Assembly: GCF_003704095.1 (NCBI RefSeq)
Contig: NW_020846649.1
Span: 248,001-312,000, forward strand
DNA length: 64,000 nt
From: Pocillopora damicornis
Taxonomy: Eukaryota
Direction of reading: 5' to 3'
Shown here: positions 1 to 13,800 of the stretch, piece after piece
Position numbering within the stretch: position 1 is the first letter of the stretch
How the letters are laid out: every line of letters begins with the position of its first letter
Notes under the pieces: generated by a model
The model's database searches: none
Seen by the model: the letters and a program-made list of their open reading frames with translations, nothing else
What the model was told of the DNA's origin: nothing
Made by a program: the position numbers and the translations under genes

Positions 1-211
1 TTTTCAGAGTAGACAGGGAAATGCACCAGTTGCCATCTTCTTTTGACAACCTTGCCTAATGGTTGCAGCAAAGAAAACCAACTTGACTTCAGAAGTTAAA
101 GAATACAACTACATGAACTATGCATGTGCACCACAAAAAATAGACTGGATAAAGTAATCTGCAGCCTATCAACTTTGATTATAACGGTTTCTACAGTTCC
201 TTCCCACTTAC

Positions 212-3200
212 TCATTACTTGGGTCTTCTCTCTTGGCATAAGCCTGCGACCTCATAATTCGTTCCATGTTTCCAGACCAACCATAAGAGCTGGCAACAAG
301 AGCACAGGGTGACTCATCCAATCGCTGTGAGACGGCAGCCTTCTCAATCAGATCTTTCAAAGCGTCCTCCTTCAGCCATTTTAGCAGAGGCTCGTATGTG
401 CTCTCTAAGGCTTCTAGCTTCTTCTTCTGTTTCTCTGATTCTTCTCCGATCTTCAAACCTTCCTTGGCTACATTTTGGAATTTCTTGCCTTCAAACTCGG
501 GCAGACTCTGGATGCAGTATTCATCAACTGGCTCAATTAAGTAGAGCACTTCATAACCCTTCTTGAGCAGACGTTCCACAAATGGAGAGCTTTCAACCTT
601 TAAATTAACATGACATAGAATTATATAAATTATATATATACATGTAGGTACAACAAAACCTGTACATGTGAAGGTATGCAAGCACATTAAAGTTACTACC
701 AACAAATTAGGTTGCCTCCTGGAAAAATTTTCATACGCACACTACTTTGAAAGAGACCATGGAAAAATATATATCACTGTAAAGCTTAAAAATTATAAAA
801 TATTCAAAATTTGAAACTTTTGAGCAGAATTTTTTGAAGTAACCTTAGTGCATCATCTTTAACCAACTAACAACTCAAGCAAAGTGGGAAAAGCTCTTCT
901 GATACAACCTTTCCATTCATAAGATAACTAACCTAATCATGCAAGTGACCAAGACAAAATTTCTCCTTACAATATCAACACAATATCAAACAGGTAGGTG
1001 ATGAGAATAGAGAAGAATATCAATTATGGGATTATTAGCTGATCCAATACCAAATTCTCTGAGCTAACATCATAAGAATTGTATGGCAGACAGTAAGGAG
1101 AATTACTAATTAGATCTTGGGAGTGAAAGGGTTAACAGCTGGTCCTGGTTGTGTGGATAACGCTATCCACTGGATAAATCTAGATGGTTAGTGATTTATC
1201 CACTGAAGAGCACTGTCATCCCTTTAACAACTGGGCCTGATTTCTATTATTGTGCAGGATCTCACCTCCTTTCGGCTGGTTCCTGCCATGAAATAGATTG
1301 CGTCTTGTTTTTCCTTCATCCTCTCAAGATAATCAGCCAGGCTTGTCATGTCCTTCTCAGAATTAGAAGAAAAGAATCGGAGCAATTTGGCCAATCTGGT
1401 TCTGTTGGAGTGGTCCTCCATCACACCTAACTTGATGCTACAATGAAAACAAAAATTTCAGTTTATTTCAAGGAGATTCAATCCAAGGAAATTATTGAAA
1501 CTAATAAAAATCAAGGATGAGATCAATTCTAGCAGCTTTGATTTTTGGGCAAACTTGAAGAGGCTGAACAAAAAAAGAAAAAAATAATAATGCAAGAAAA
1601 TTATATACCTTGTGCTGAATTCCTTCCAGAATTTATCCATGTATTCTTCCTTGGGGATCTTCTTGATCATGTCCAGAGCCTTTCGTACAAGCTTCTTCTT
1701 GATCACCTTCAGAAGTTTGTGCTGTTGAAGATTTTCACGACTGACGTTGAGAGGCAGGTCATCAGAATCCACAACACCACGGATGAAGGAAAGATACTTG
1801 GGCATCATATCTTCAAAGTTGTCAGTGATGAAGACACGTCGCACATACAGCTTAATCTGATCCATCTTCTTGCCATATTCAGAGAAAAGGTTGTTTGGGG
1901 CGGATTTTGGCACATAGAGGATTGAACGGAACGTGACTTCACCCTCAGCAACAAAGTGGGTCTTGGCAAGAGGCTCATCATGATCCTGATAAATAACATT
2001 CATTGTTAATATGTAATACAGTATTGGTGTCATTTAAAACCATGAAATTTTGGAAAGTTAGTGCAATAGGCAGCAAATTATTTTTAAGTACATTTTTACT
2101 CAACCTATGACATACTCCATGCAACCATAAAGTGTACACCTTTACCACAAATAAAACAACTTGGAAAAATAACACAAATTGTTACATTCCACACAAAACC
2201 TCTATAGTTACACATTTACTGACTTATTGACTCACAGATTTTTTATCTTCATCTTTCTTATTAATATAAAATGATTTTTCATGGCATGGGAAAGAAACAA
2301 TCCGAGAAAAAAGTCAAAAAGTGAAAAGAAACTTTAGATCACAGAATTCCAAGTTACACACTGGTTTGTTACTCAATAACAACTGTACAAGTTAAATCAG
2401 TCTTTCAGAACAACACATAGCACAGTTCCAGAAGATACCTTAGTGAACGATTTGTAAAATTCATTGTATTCTTCATCTTTGACATCTTTGGGTTTTCGGC
2501 TCCAGATGGGTTTGTTTGTGTTAATAAGTTCCCAGTCCCAGGTAGTCTTTTCCACCTGAAAAACAACAACATAAAAAAATAAATAAAAGTAACAAAAAGG
2601 TGACTTCATTAATTTCCATCCAATTGTAACTTTGTAACTTCCATATCAATTGCAGTCTGCAGACTCCAAACTTTAAGTTTAAATTTGCAAAACACTTGTC
2701 AGTAAAACTTCCTTCTACAGATAATTTGTTTGCCACAAGTACAGTTCCTATGAGGGTTAATCCTCCTACTCTCTTAGAGAAAAAAGTTCCTTCACACTTC
2801 AAACCCCAACAGTGATAGGCATCTTATTTCTCCCAATATCATTTGTGAATTAAACATAAACGCAATGAGAATAAAAGAAATGATGGCTAGATCAAAAGGC
2901 TCTTGATCATTGTGTAAATTCTTCATGAAAGTGACAAAGAAAACATTTAAAGAACAGTGTGGAGAATTTGCAAACTGATGCTAGGGTGTTAAGGGTTACT
3001 TAACCTGCAGCAGACAAACCTTTTTAGTCTTTGGTTTCTTCTCCTTTTCCTCTGATTCCTCCTCCACCTCTGCATCATCATCCTTGTCTTCCTTTTCTTT
3101 GTCTTCATCTTTCTTCTCCTCTTCCTTCTCTTCATCTTTCTTATCTTCCGCAGCTTCATCAGCTTTCTTGTCTTCTGCAGCTTCCTCCTCAACTGGTTCC

Positions 3201-6200
3201 TCTACTTCCTCAGTCTTGCTGGTCCACAGGTAAATGTTGAAGTTGATGAACTGACTGTACTTCTTGACAAGGTCTTTGATGGTGTCGGGCTCAAGGAAAT
3301 CGCGAGCTTCTTCTTTTAAGTGAAGGCTATGGGACAAAACACAATTTTATACATAATCAAATAATTCAAATAATGAGGCATTATCTTGCCTCTTAAAAAA
3401 GCATTTGTCAAACTCTTTGAAAACTAGGTGGAGGATGGAAGGGGGGAGGAAAAACACGCATTTCTGCTTAAAATGCACAGATTCAAACAAATATTTTACC
3501 TAAAAAATACAACATTAGACATAATAGGAATATTTGTCCTAAAATAGAGGGTAAAAAAAAAATAAAATGATTGTAAAATAGATGATCACAATGACTGCCA
3601 AAATAAGGTAACAACGCCAGAGGAAAAGAACTGATGTCAAGAACAAGGAGAAAATAGTTGAGGAACCAAGCTTCACCTTTTCTTCAAAGCCAGAGGCCAA
3701 AGTGTTTGATAAATATACCACATACTGGTAAATCACCCTGCATACACTATGTTTGGACAGATTGTTTAACGTACATTGAAAAGTGGATATAATCACCTGA
3801 CAGTTGTTCCCCTCTTCAGGGTGTCACCCCTAGGATCCTCTGTGATGCTGAAGGAAGCTGCATCAGACTCCCAAATGTACTGCTTGTCATCATTGTGCTT
3901 GGATGTTACAATCACACGGTCGGCAACAAGGAAAGTCGAGTAAAATCCCACACCAAACTGACCGATAAGATCACTTGCCTGATCACTAGACTGAGCGTCC
4001 TGTAGATTCAATAAAGTAAAGCTTTAAGGATATGGGGACAAAAGCAAAATGACTAATGTAACACTCAGCACTGCAAAAAATGACTGTGGGAAAACATAAC
4101 TGTAAGGGAGACCTTGAAAAAAGGGAGTACATAAGTGGGGTTTTGAATATTGCTGTGCACAATTAAGCTGACATAATTACCAGACACTTGCATCAAATCT
4201 ACAAATGTAAGCATCCACACCATCAAAGTCCTAATTTGGTTAGCGTGTGCTGCACTCTGCATCAAAGGCCTAAGGAAGTACAGAAAAAATTCTCACCGAC
4301 ATCTTCTGGAAAAACTCGCTTGTTCCTGACTTGGCAATGGTACCCAGGTTTTTGACCAGATCATCTTTTGTCATACCAATGCCAGTATCAGTAACATGAA
4401 GGATGTTGTTCTCCTTATCAGCTTTGATCTTAATTGACAGTTCCTCTGTGGCTGCAAGGGCTGACTTGTCCGTAAGTGACAAAAATCTGATCTTGTCCAA
4501 TGCATCAGAAGAATTGGAAATAAGTTCTCTCAAGAAAATCTGAAAGAAAAAAAGATAATTTCAACCTCTGATTATTACCAGGTATCTTTTTATTTTTGAT
4601 CGAAAATAATGCTAAGAACAAATTGACATCATCTACTGGTGGTACCAAAATTAATGAAATAATCAAGAAGTCTACAACAAATTTTCTTGTAACAGTGTTC
4701 AGTACAATAGTATGAATAAAGCTTGTATTTCTACCCTTCAAGATTTCGAAAAGTGCACATTTAAAGATCAAGCTGAATGTAAAAGTAGGGCTTAAAACAA
4801 ATTTTTGAATGGAGGCCAATAAAGCCAACTGACCAAAGAAATTTAAGCTTGTTCAGAACCCAACACTGACCCATCTCATTCATTAAATTACAGTTAAGAT
4901 GACTGTACATTAAAGACTTTCCAAAATGTACACAATTTATCAACTTGACGCAAGGTGGAGTTTTTGGCTGTAAGTCAATATTCTGGCTAAACACCATCCA
5001 TCAAACATCCACTTTTTAGAGTTTCTAGAACCAGCAGTTTTTTCCCTCAGATCTTGCTTATGCCATAACACGTCCAAAATGGTCAAAATAGAAAGTGCTG
5101 TCAAATTTCTCCTACCTCCTTATTTCTGTACAGAGAATTGATAATCAGCTTCATCATTCGGCTAACTTCAGCTTGGAAAGTGTGTTTCTCAGCCTTCTCT
5201 CTAAGTTCTTTCATCTGAGCCACATTCAAACCATCCAGTTTGATAGCTTCCTCCTCCCTCTGAACAGCTTCATCATCTGTCTTGGATCCATCTCTACTTT
5301 TTCCAACATCTTCATCTACTGTGGGTGGTTCTGTCTCTGTTGGTTCTTCTGTCTTTTCTTCTTCTGCCAAACAAAAAGCTGCAAAAAAGGAACCAAAAAA
5401 TTAAGTCTACCATGAAAAGTCTGACAAAAATCTCGTCTCAAAAAGTTGATACCAAGAAGAACAAGACAAAGATGATGCTACTTTAACAATTGCACATGTT
5501 CCCCAGAGCTCTGAAGACTCATGCAAATAAATTCAGTCCTACACTCTGATTTAAACTGTTGTTTTCAAGATAGCAAACCACTGTTTCAGTCAAGTACCTA
5601 TCAAAATAATAATTTATCCTTCTAAATTTCATTACTCCCCTTGCACTAATGCTTCAGACACTTTCTTGCAGTGGAATTTCTGACTTAGAATAAAGAAATG
5701 CATGTCATAATTGTGTCATTTTTTCACAATTTTTCCCCGTGAAAATAATACCTACAGCATTAGAATTATAAGCTATGCAGACAAAAATTTCAAAATCTAG
5801 CAGCAAATCAACTTGAGAGCTTTAGTACCAAGTAATTATCACATTAATTTATAGTCATGAAACAGGTATCTTTTACAAACAACATGAGAGACATTTTGTT
5901 TTATCAGTAGATAAAATAATTCCATTTTTCAATTCTCTTGCTTTTGAAACAATAAGATGCCATTAACTGAAAATGAAACATCTGGAGAAAACCTTTTTAA
6001 GTATGTAAGGTGAACAAACAAAACAACACATAAAATCCCTTAACTCAAAAACCTGTGGTAAAGAACTACATTGTTTATAACAAAGGGCTCAAGTGGACCA
6101 CAATGTTATTGTTAATGAAACTTAAAATTGCACAAGAAAAAATAAAATAAAATAAGTTGAATAAAAACAAATTTCTTTCAATTTCTTTTCAAATAGTTGA

Positions 6201-7182
6201 CAATCTCTATGAGCTACAAGTACTTGTTTATCTTCAAGATGTTGGACATATCTGGCCAATTCCTATTGGTTGATAGCAAGTATCCAATCACAGGTTGACA
6301 TATCTCGAGGGCTGGATTTTTAAAAGTTTTGAGTGCTTTTTCTAACAATTAGCTAATGCAACTTCCCAAATTAGTGCTTTTGCAGACGTTTTCCACTAAA
6401 GCTGTTTCAGAAATAACTTTTTGCCACCTCTTATATCTAAATGCATGAAAGTGTACCCTAAAAATTTTCAAATAATCCACTCCAACATGATTTGAAAAAG
6501 AAGGGATTTCCCAAACTCAAACCCTCAAAATCATCTCAGTTAGAAATCTAATAAAGATTATCTAGTGGCTCTAAGGAAAAATAATTCAACTATGTAATAT
6601 TTCGTTGTAAATTCACTTTCTATATAAGAGTATTCATTTAAATGTAATTGAAGTCAATAAGTTATACCAGAGAAACATTGTATAATAAACAATACCATCA
6701 ATGTAAGTATACAAGTCTAAATTATCCTTTAGGACCGTGTTTCGTTTCATAATATCCACAATTTCCGAGTTATATTTCCGACGGTAGACGTACATGAATC
6801 TAAATCGTTGCCAATAAGTACGTTGCTAATGGACAGTTTCCAATCGACACAAGTGAGTGGTGAAATCGAAAGGCAATCGATCGTGACTTGACAATATAAA
6901 CGTATCGAATTTTGCAATTACCCACAGACCGAATACTCTGAAGCTTACTTTTAAAACAAAACGGCCGAAACCTTCCCTGCAAATCTGACGTAGGACTATT
7001 TGCTTTCATGTACATTGAAACGAAATAAAATTTTTCGTGAGCATAAAAATTATTCGAGGAAACTGTGCGAACTGAAATACTTGCAAAACTCAACTTTTCC
7101 TTACGCAAAAAAAAGCAAGAGTACACTTACAAGAAATAAGAAGTAGCCCCAAGAGGCCTAGCAGGTACGATTTCCTTCCCAT
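212..7182 (-). CDS. HSP90B1: Endoplasmin / GRP94 (ER HSP90), 3'-partial
   Basis: Coding exons 7182-7131 (signal peptide [17 protein letters not shown]), 5378-5116, 4539-4297, 3999-3797, 3326-3020, 2555-2439, 1985-1609, 1437-1266, 597-212, all GT-AG with compatible phases. HSP90 motifs [63 protein letters not shown]; GRP94-type [11 protein letters not shown] and FQNVAKEG. Final exons (and the expected KDEL) lie beyond position 1. Confidence 0.98.
927..1135 (-). mobile_element. TTAA-flanked ~210 bp MITE, subfamily A
   Basis: Ends ...gagtgaaagggttaa; internal sequence shared with the copies at 9620, 13692, 56415 and 63491. Confidence 0.75.
1139..1238. repeat. Short palindromic MITE-like element
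   Basis: Imperfect inverted ends ggtcctggttg / caactgggcc with internal tggataaatc / gatttatcca symmetry. Confidence 0.55.
2757..2998 (+). mobile_element. TTAA-flanked MITE, subfamily B (degenerate)
   Basis: Similar to 22074-22285 (agaacagt.tggagaat.tgc..actgatg.tagggtgt.aagggtta). Confidence 0.6.
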
Positions 7183-7287
7183 TCCTTGAAATCAAGATAA
7201 AACAGATGTAAATGACAGCAGTACCGCAAAATCTGTGCTAAACTTTGAAGTGCAAGGAAGTACTATGCAGCTTTCAATCGATCCAAA

Positions 7288-7375
7288 CCAACCAAAATTT
7301 TCCACGGCCAAAGCTCGTGTCTTGTTCTAATTGGCTAATCTTAGTCACGTGCTTAACGTGGAGCCCTTTGGTTGG
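7288..7375. promoter_or_regulatory. Three ERSE-like elements in the HSP90B1/CRELD bidirectional promoter
   Basis: CCAAC-N9-CCACG at 7288-7306 (+); CCAAT-N9-ACACG at 7316-7334 (-); CCAAC-N9-CCACG at 7357-7375 (-); E-box GTCACGTG at 7344-7351. Each differs by one base from the ERSE consensus CCAAT-N9-CCACG and keeps the exact 9-nt spacer. Confidence 0.8.
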
Positions 7376-7883
7376 TTTATTTTTCCATGTCATTTCATTG
7401 ATTCCCATGAGTGAGCCCTCGCTTTGCGCCGAGGTTTAAAAAGTATTTGAGAGAATTTACTTTTAAACTTATTAAAAAGCTACTTAGCTTTGTTCTCAAA
7501 TGATCAATAGATCTACCAACTCTGAAAATTTCAGATATATTTTAATGTTTTGTCTCACCTCACGTGGAATGATTATGAATTTAGGACGCAAAAAAGTGAT
7601 ACAAATTATTGTACAATGGCTGATCAAAACTTTATTCTCCTATCTATTAGCGCGGTTTTCCCTGACTCACCAGCGGTTTTCTCTTCAAGAGAAACACGAT
7701 AATTTCACCGGGCTGAAATGTTATGCGACCAGTTTTCTATAATATAATCTTGCTTTAATTCAGTGATCGAAGTTATATTAACCTATTTTCGAATGATGTG
7801 GTAGAATTCTACCCTTCGAATTTCTGCTGTTAAATTTGCACTTGTAGACACATTGCAGCATTTTTTTTCTCACGTGAGAGCTA

Positions 7884-10800
7884 ATGGAAGTCTCTTTGAA
7901 GATGTCAAAAACCTTGATTTTACAAATCTTTATAGTTGTAAACATTTTAATGTGCACCGCACTTAGATCAGCTGCTAGGGAAAAGAAAGCCAAATGCCCA
8001 ACGTGTAGAGACATCGTAGAAGCTTTCAAGAAGGTAAATATTAAATGCTTTTATCTCACCTAACTCCTAATTATTGCATTACAGAACTTTGTCAAATGAT
8101 TAATTATGGGGCTAAGTCAGCTTAGGTATATTTTGTGGTGTCGTATTTCGTAAGATTAGATAGAAATTTAATGGACGGTTTCGATTTTTGTTTCTGGAAA
8201 AATTATCCTTTGTTTATTTTGTTTTGCTTTGTTTTTTTTCTAGTTTTTGGCCTAAATATCTCTAATGATATAATAGAGAGGATGTGCAGTAAAACTTTGA
8301 CAAAAGTTTGAGAGACGTGTTAGAATTAAATAACAAATGCATAAATTAACTCGTAAACCTTAAGTATTAGATTTTTTTTTGCCCTTGATCTTGCTATATA
8401 TCTATATTCCTTGTAACTGATTTGAGGAAATTTGGTGCTAAATCAAGGTAATACCTTCTAGCTGATAGATTTGTCAATTCTTGTGAATTCTTTGCTGTTT
8501 AATCTTTGGTTATTACAGAACTTCTTGAAGTTGAGCCATTCTTTCTTATGTTATATTTTGGTATGCAGATTTTAGGACAGATGTGAGGAATAAAAAATTT
8601 GACTGTAGCTGTTTTAAGGTGACTGGAATAAATTTGCATCTTTGAGACATCTATTTTTAATTAAAATTACTATTTTTAGGGAAAAGAAAAAACAGCAAAA
8701 GCTAACTTTGGTGGTGGAAACACAGATTGGGAAGAGAGGAAACTTGGAAGCTATGCAAACAGGTATTTTTTGGAAAAAAAAACTTTATTCAAACTTTTAC
8801 CATGACATTATTTTACTATGACTCAGCTAAATCCACCAATCACAGAATTGATCACAATTACCATAGCAACAACCACTTACCTTGAAAAGAAAACTGGGAA
8901 ATTTCCAAATTTTTTGCTTCAGACACTGTTCTTAGCGGAGACATTTGTCCTAATTGTATTTTCTTTCCAGATATTGTATTGGTTTGATTAATTGGTAGCA
9001 GGACTTCATGTTGTCCAGTTCTGTCTGTAATCATACTTATTATTGACAAATCAGACTCCCATTCATGGTCGTCCAATTTTGTTAATAACTCGTGTGATTA
9101 CTGGCTGAATTGGACCCCACTCGTTCCTATTACCATTATTAAGCTGTAATAGTCTTCCTTGACTAAGTCCTTAACCCATTAACTACCATGAGTGAGCAAC
9201 CGAAAGTGATGAGAATAAAGAAAAATATCAATTATGGGTTTACTAATTGATTCAATACCAAATTCTCCAAACTAACTTAATGAGAATCATTTGGCAGACA
9301 GTACGGAGAATTACTAATGAGATCTTGAGAGTTAAAGATTAAGGCCTGTTTCTATTGTCTTCCACCTGTATTGAATGGCCACTTAAAGCAGAACCTCTCA
9401 AATAAAACTAAGAATAATCTCTCAAGTCAAATTTATTCTCAAAATCAATGTTAGTACTTTGAGAATTCCCACAAGTTATTGCAGATTATTGTTTTTCTTT
9501 GAACTGTTAGGACAACTATTATGCACAAACAAAGCGCAAGTCATTTGCTGGTCAGACTGTATTAAAGGGTCAACTTGTTGTATTAAACTGTCACCCCGCT
9601 ATTACCCATGGGTGACTGCCTAACCTTTTAACTCCCAAGATCTCATTAATAATTCTCCCTACTGTTTGTCATACAGTTCTAATAATGTTAGTTCCAAGAA
9701 TTTGAATTGGATCAACCAATTATCCCCAAAATTGACATTAATTTTTTTCTCTATTCTCATCACTTATCTGGTTGATATTGTTTTGATATTGTAAGGAGAA
9801 ATTCTTTCTCGGTCACTCATGGGAGTTAAAGGGTTAATACAGGTTTGACTGAAGTGGGCTGTTGTCCCTTTTCTTTGATACACTCAGGAAAGTTACCAGT
9901 TTCTTGGTGATACCACATCTCTAGTCTGGAATCCCTCTGCTATGGAAAAAACACTGACTGATGATGTACTGTGGGGCACAAACAAATTTGTACCATTGTT
10001 AAGTGGATTAAATAATACCCTAGAGTTCATGCCACACCTTTTTGAAAGAGTGCAGCTTTTTATTTTAGGGTTATACCTGAAGGAAAAAACTACTAGTATA
10101 AACAGTTGGTGGTTAATGTTCTTTTGTTTTCTTTTTGACTAGTGAAACCAGACTAGTTGAAATTATGGAAGGACTTTGTGAAGATAGTGCTTCAGAGGTA
10201 ATTTTCTTTGAAATTTATTCCTTTAGTTCAAAACGTTACTGTGAAGTCACAGGATTGGAGTATTCTAAATTGTGCAAAATAACTTAGCTTTAAAATGAAG
10301 GCAATTTGCGGAGGATAAAATTTTAAAGAGATATTTTGCATTTTTGCCATCATTCTGTCTTTCTTACGCCTCCTTGAAGAAGGGCACAAGCTAGCCGATA
10401 GTTCAGTCCCCTTGACTTCTCCTAGAAAATAAACTGTCTTTGATTGTCAATTTTTTTCCTTTTTTTTTTCTTTTTTTACAGTGCCATGCAATGGTTGAAG
10501 AACAAGAAGAAACATTAGAGGAATGGTGGTTTACCCAGTAAGTGAGGTTTTGATGGTTGAAGTTTTTTATCCTATTTCAGGGAAGTCACATGGAAATCAA
10601 ATGACATTCTTTAAGTGCAGCAATTTTGTGCCCCAAAAATATCAAAAAGTTTTTTATTTAAAAACATGCAGTCCTAACGTTTAATGACTGTTTTCTTTTT
10701 CACAGCCAGTTTAAAAATGATGACATGAATACTTGGTTTTGCATTGACAAGTTAAAAGGTAAGTGTTGTACATACTGAAAGTTCCTTTTTATCACTTTCC

Positions 10801-13800
10801 TAGCTGGAGTTCATTATTTTAATTTCTTTTTTCTTTTCTTTTTTTTTCTAGTGTGCTGCCCTAATGGCACTTATGGTTCAGATTGTAAAGGTATGCCTAC
10901 TTAGCAGTCTTCATTTACCACTGATGATTTGCAAATTTCACCTTTTACGGCTTTAGACTTCAACAGTGTTCACTTTGTATGTGTTCTTTACAGTGAAATG
11001 GCTTTCATTTTAATTTATTAATGATCAGACAAATGTTTTGTTCAATGTCAGACCCCATGTTTGTCATAATGAGTAAGTCTCCTTGGCCCCTTTTCAACTT
11101 AAGCTAATGTGAACCAATTTTATATGTACTTATTTTCTGTTGCTCATTTAAAAAATAAATTCATCTCTTTCTAAAAGTTTTCCTTCTATTATTTTGAATC
11201 TGTAGAATGTTCAGGAGGAAAAGATACTCCTTGCAATGGCCATGGAAAATGTGAGGTATGCAAGTATCAATTTTGAATGAAAGGGCTGAACTTTTATACA
11301 GCTTATTTTTAAGACATTGTAACGGAATTAACTCTTGGACCTATGCATTACCAGCTCTGTGTTGCAAGGAGTAAAACACATGCACAGTGTTGACCTGATT
11401 ATTTTATTTTCAGCTTACCAGTAAATGTCAGGAATTGCAGTGCCCTTGTGAAAAGTACCCTAGTTTTATAATAAATATCTTTGCAATGATATTTAGGGTG
11501 ACGGCACAAGGGAAGGAACAGGAAATTGCTCATGTGACAGCGGGTATGAAGGTGACTTATGTGATGAGTGCGAGGAGTTGTATTTCGAGGAGCAAGATGA
11601 AAATTCTAAGCCTAAATGCACCGGTATGTATTCTACAAATTATCTTGGGTTTGCAACTCCTTGTGTTATGTATTGTTACGTAAACAGCTGGCACTTGATA
11701 ACAAACTGTTGCTTATTTTAACAGCGTGTCACGAGTCTTGTGCAGACAGTTGCTCTGGCGGCTCACCCAAAGACTGTGAGAAATGCAAAGAAGGCTGGGA
11801 TATGACAGACGAAGATGGATGTAAAGGTATTTGTTGAAAAGTATATTTGGCGCGACTGTGTAGTTCCATGTATGCCCAAGAGCTGTGCTCCTGCCCTTTC
11901 TTAACGGATTCCAAGAGCGAGGGGAAAGTTAAAGTTTAAGCAGATTACAAGCAAGACAAGGGATAGGGAAAGCAAGTTGCCGAATAAAAGCGCAGGAAAA
12001 TGGAAAGGCGATGCAAAGAGCGGGGAGTAACATGCAGGTTGTCTGTCTCAATGTTAAGTGAATGCTTGAGGAAAGTCATCGTTAGAAAAGCCCGAAAAAA
12101 TGTATAGGACTAGTAACAAGCGTTGCTTCACAAACAACGCATGCCAAGCGCAGGAAAAGATACAGGTAGAGAAAAGTGCGGGAAAGGATATGCAGGCGTT
12201 ATATACGTAGTAAGGAATAAAGACTGGAATTGGGCGTACAGGTGGGATAACGTACAACGCAAGCCAAGCGCGGGAAAACATAAGTAGCGGGGAGAAGCGC
12301 GGGAAAATAAACGGAGCTCAGCGAACTCAAAACCATAGCAAGCATACTCTGTGGTTACTTTTGAGTTTTGACAGCCAACGGGATGCATGTTGTTTTGATT
12401 AATGTATTTTATTCTTTTCAGATAAAAATGAATGTGATGAAGAACATATCTGTGGAGAGGGACAGTATTGTGTGAATAATCCAGGATCTTTTGTTTGTAA
12501 AGGTAATGTGTATGACCCATTAATCGTGGCGAGTTTATTGAGTGATTTTCATTTCGCCGACATTCAGTTGTTTGATTGACTGCTCGCAAACGTAGTCTCG
12601 AAGTTGTTACCAAATTCTCATTCGAAGACCCAAAACATAAATGAATGGTCATCATCTTGTACTTAAAGAAAACCTTACTCCGTTAGATCGGGCAATTCCA
12701 AGGCTCTCAGACTTTGCGGGACAGCTAAAGAGCGAGCGGGCTACAAAATGGCGGCTATTCCGATCCATCCCTCCATTCGGACAGATAATAAGTGACTTAA
12801 CAATTCACTTCATATGTATCTTTTTCAGGCTGCGATGATTCTTGTGAAGGCAACTGCACTGGGGAGGGTCCAAAGGGATGTCTTGAATGTGCCAGCGGTT
12901 ATGTTAAGAATGACGAAGAAGAATGTAAAGGTTAGTTTATTACAAGAAATGAGGAGCACTTTGTTACTTGGGATGTGATAGATATATCTCGCCGAGGTTT
13001 TATTTGTTGCAAAAATGCCACAAAACGCTCATAGCACTCAACACTTTTAAGAAAGCAGCCTAGGTTAGTAGAAATTCAGTTTTGAAAATAACGAAATTGC
13101 ATTTGTTGTTGAACTAAAGCTCAGCTGTAGACTAGGGGAGAAGGGGTGGAGGTTTGTCCAAGAGAACATGCGAATTAACCCCCCCCCCCAACCCCGTTGC
13201 CTTAGCGCTCGTTTAAGCCTCTGGCAAATTGTTGAAAACCGCATTTTGGACTGAATAACTAGTTGCAAAAGGTGAACTTAAGTTCGAATATATTTTAAAG
13301 TATTTAATTAACTTGAATTTTTTTTCCTTAGATGTGGACGAATGTTCCGAGAATTCAACCATCTGTACCAGCGGAAAATTTTGTGATAATACCCCTGGAT
13401 CATTTGTTTGTCGTTGTAAGAAATCTTTCTGTCTGTCATAATTGTTTTCCATCTGTCCCTTTTAAGACGTTTTGATATTTAAGGAGAGGTTGTTTTTAAT
13501 TCACCGTGCTTTTATTTCAGCCTGTCACTCTGCTTGTGAGACTTGTATCGGAGAGGGGTCTCGAGGTTGTACAAAATGCAACGCTGGGTATCAGATGACC
13601 GAGAATGAATGTAAAGGTAATAATACGCTTTCTCTATCAATGAGAATATCAGGGATAAACAGTGAACGCAAGCTAAGCGGTTCTACCTGTTTTATCCCTT
13701 TAAATCCCAAGATCTCATTAGTAATTCTCCTTACTGTCTGCAATATAGTTCTTGTGATGTTAGTTTGGAGAATTTAATATTGGATGAAGTAATAATCCCC

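Noticed and set aside
12128-12655. 175-aa minus-strand ORF
   Set aside because: Antisense to a CRELD exon and an intronic repeat; no recognisable features.
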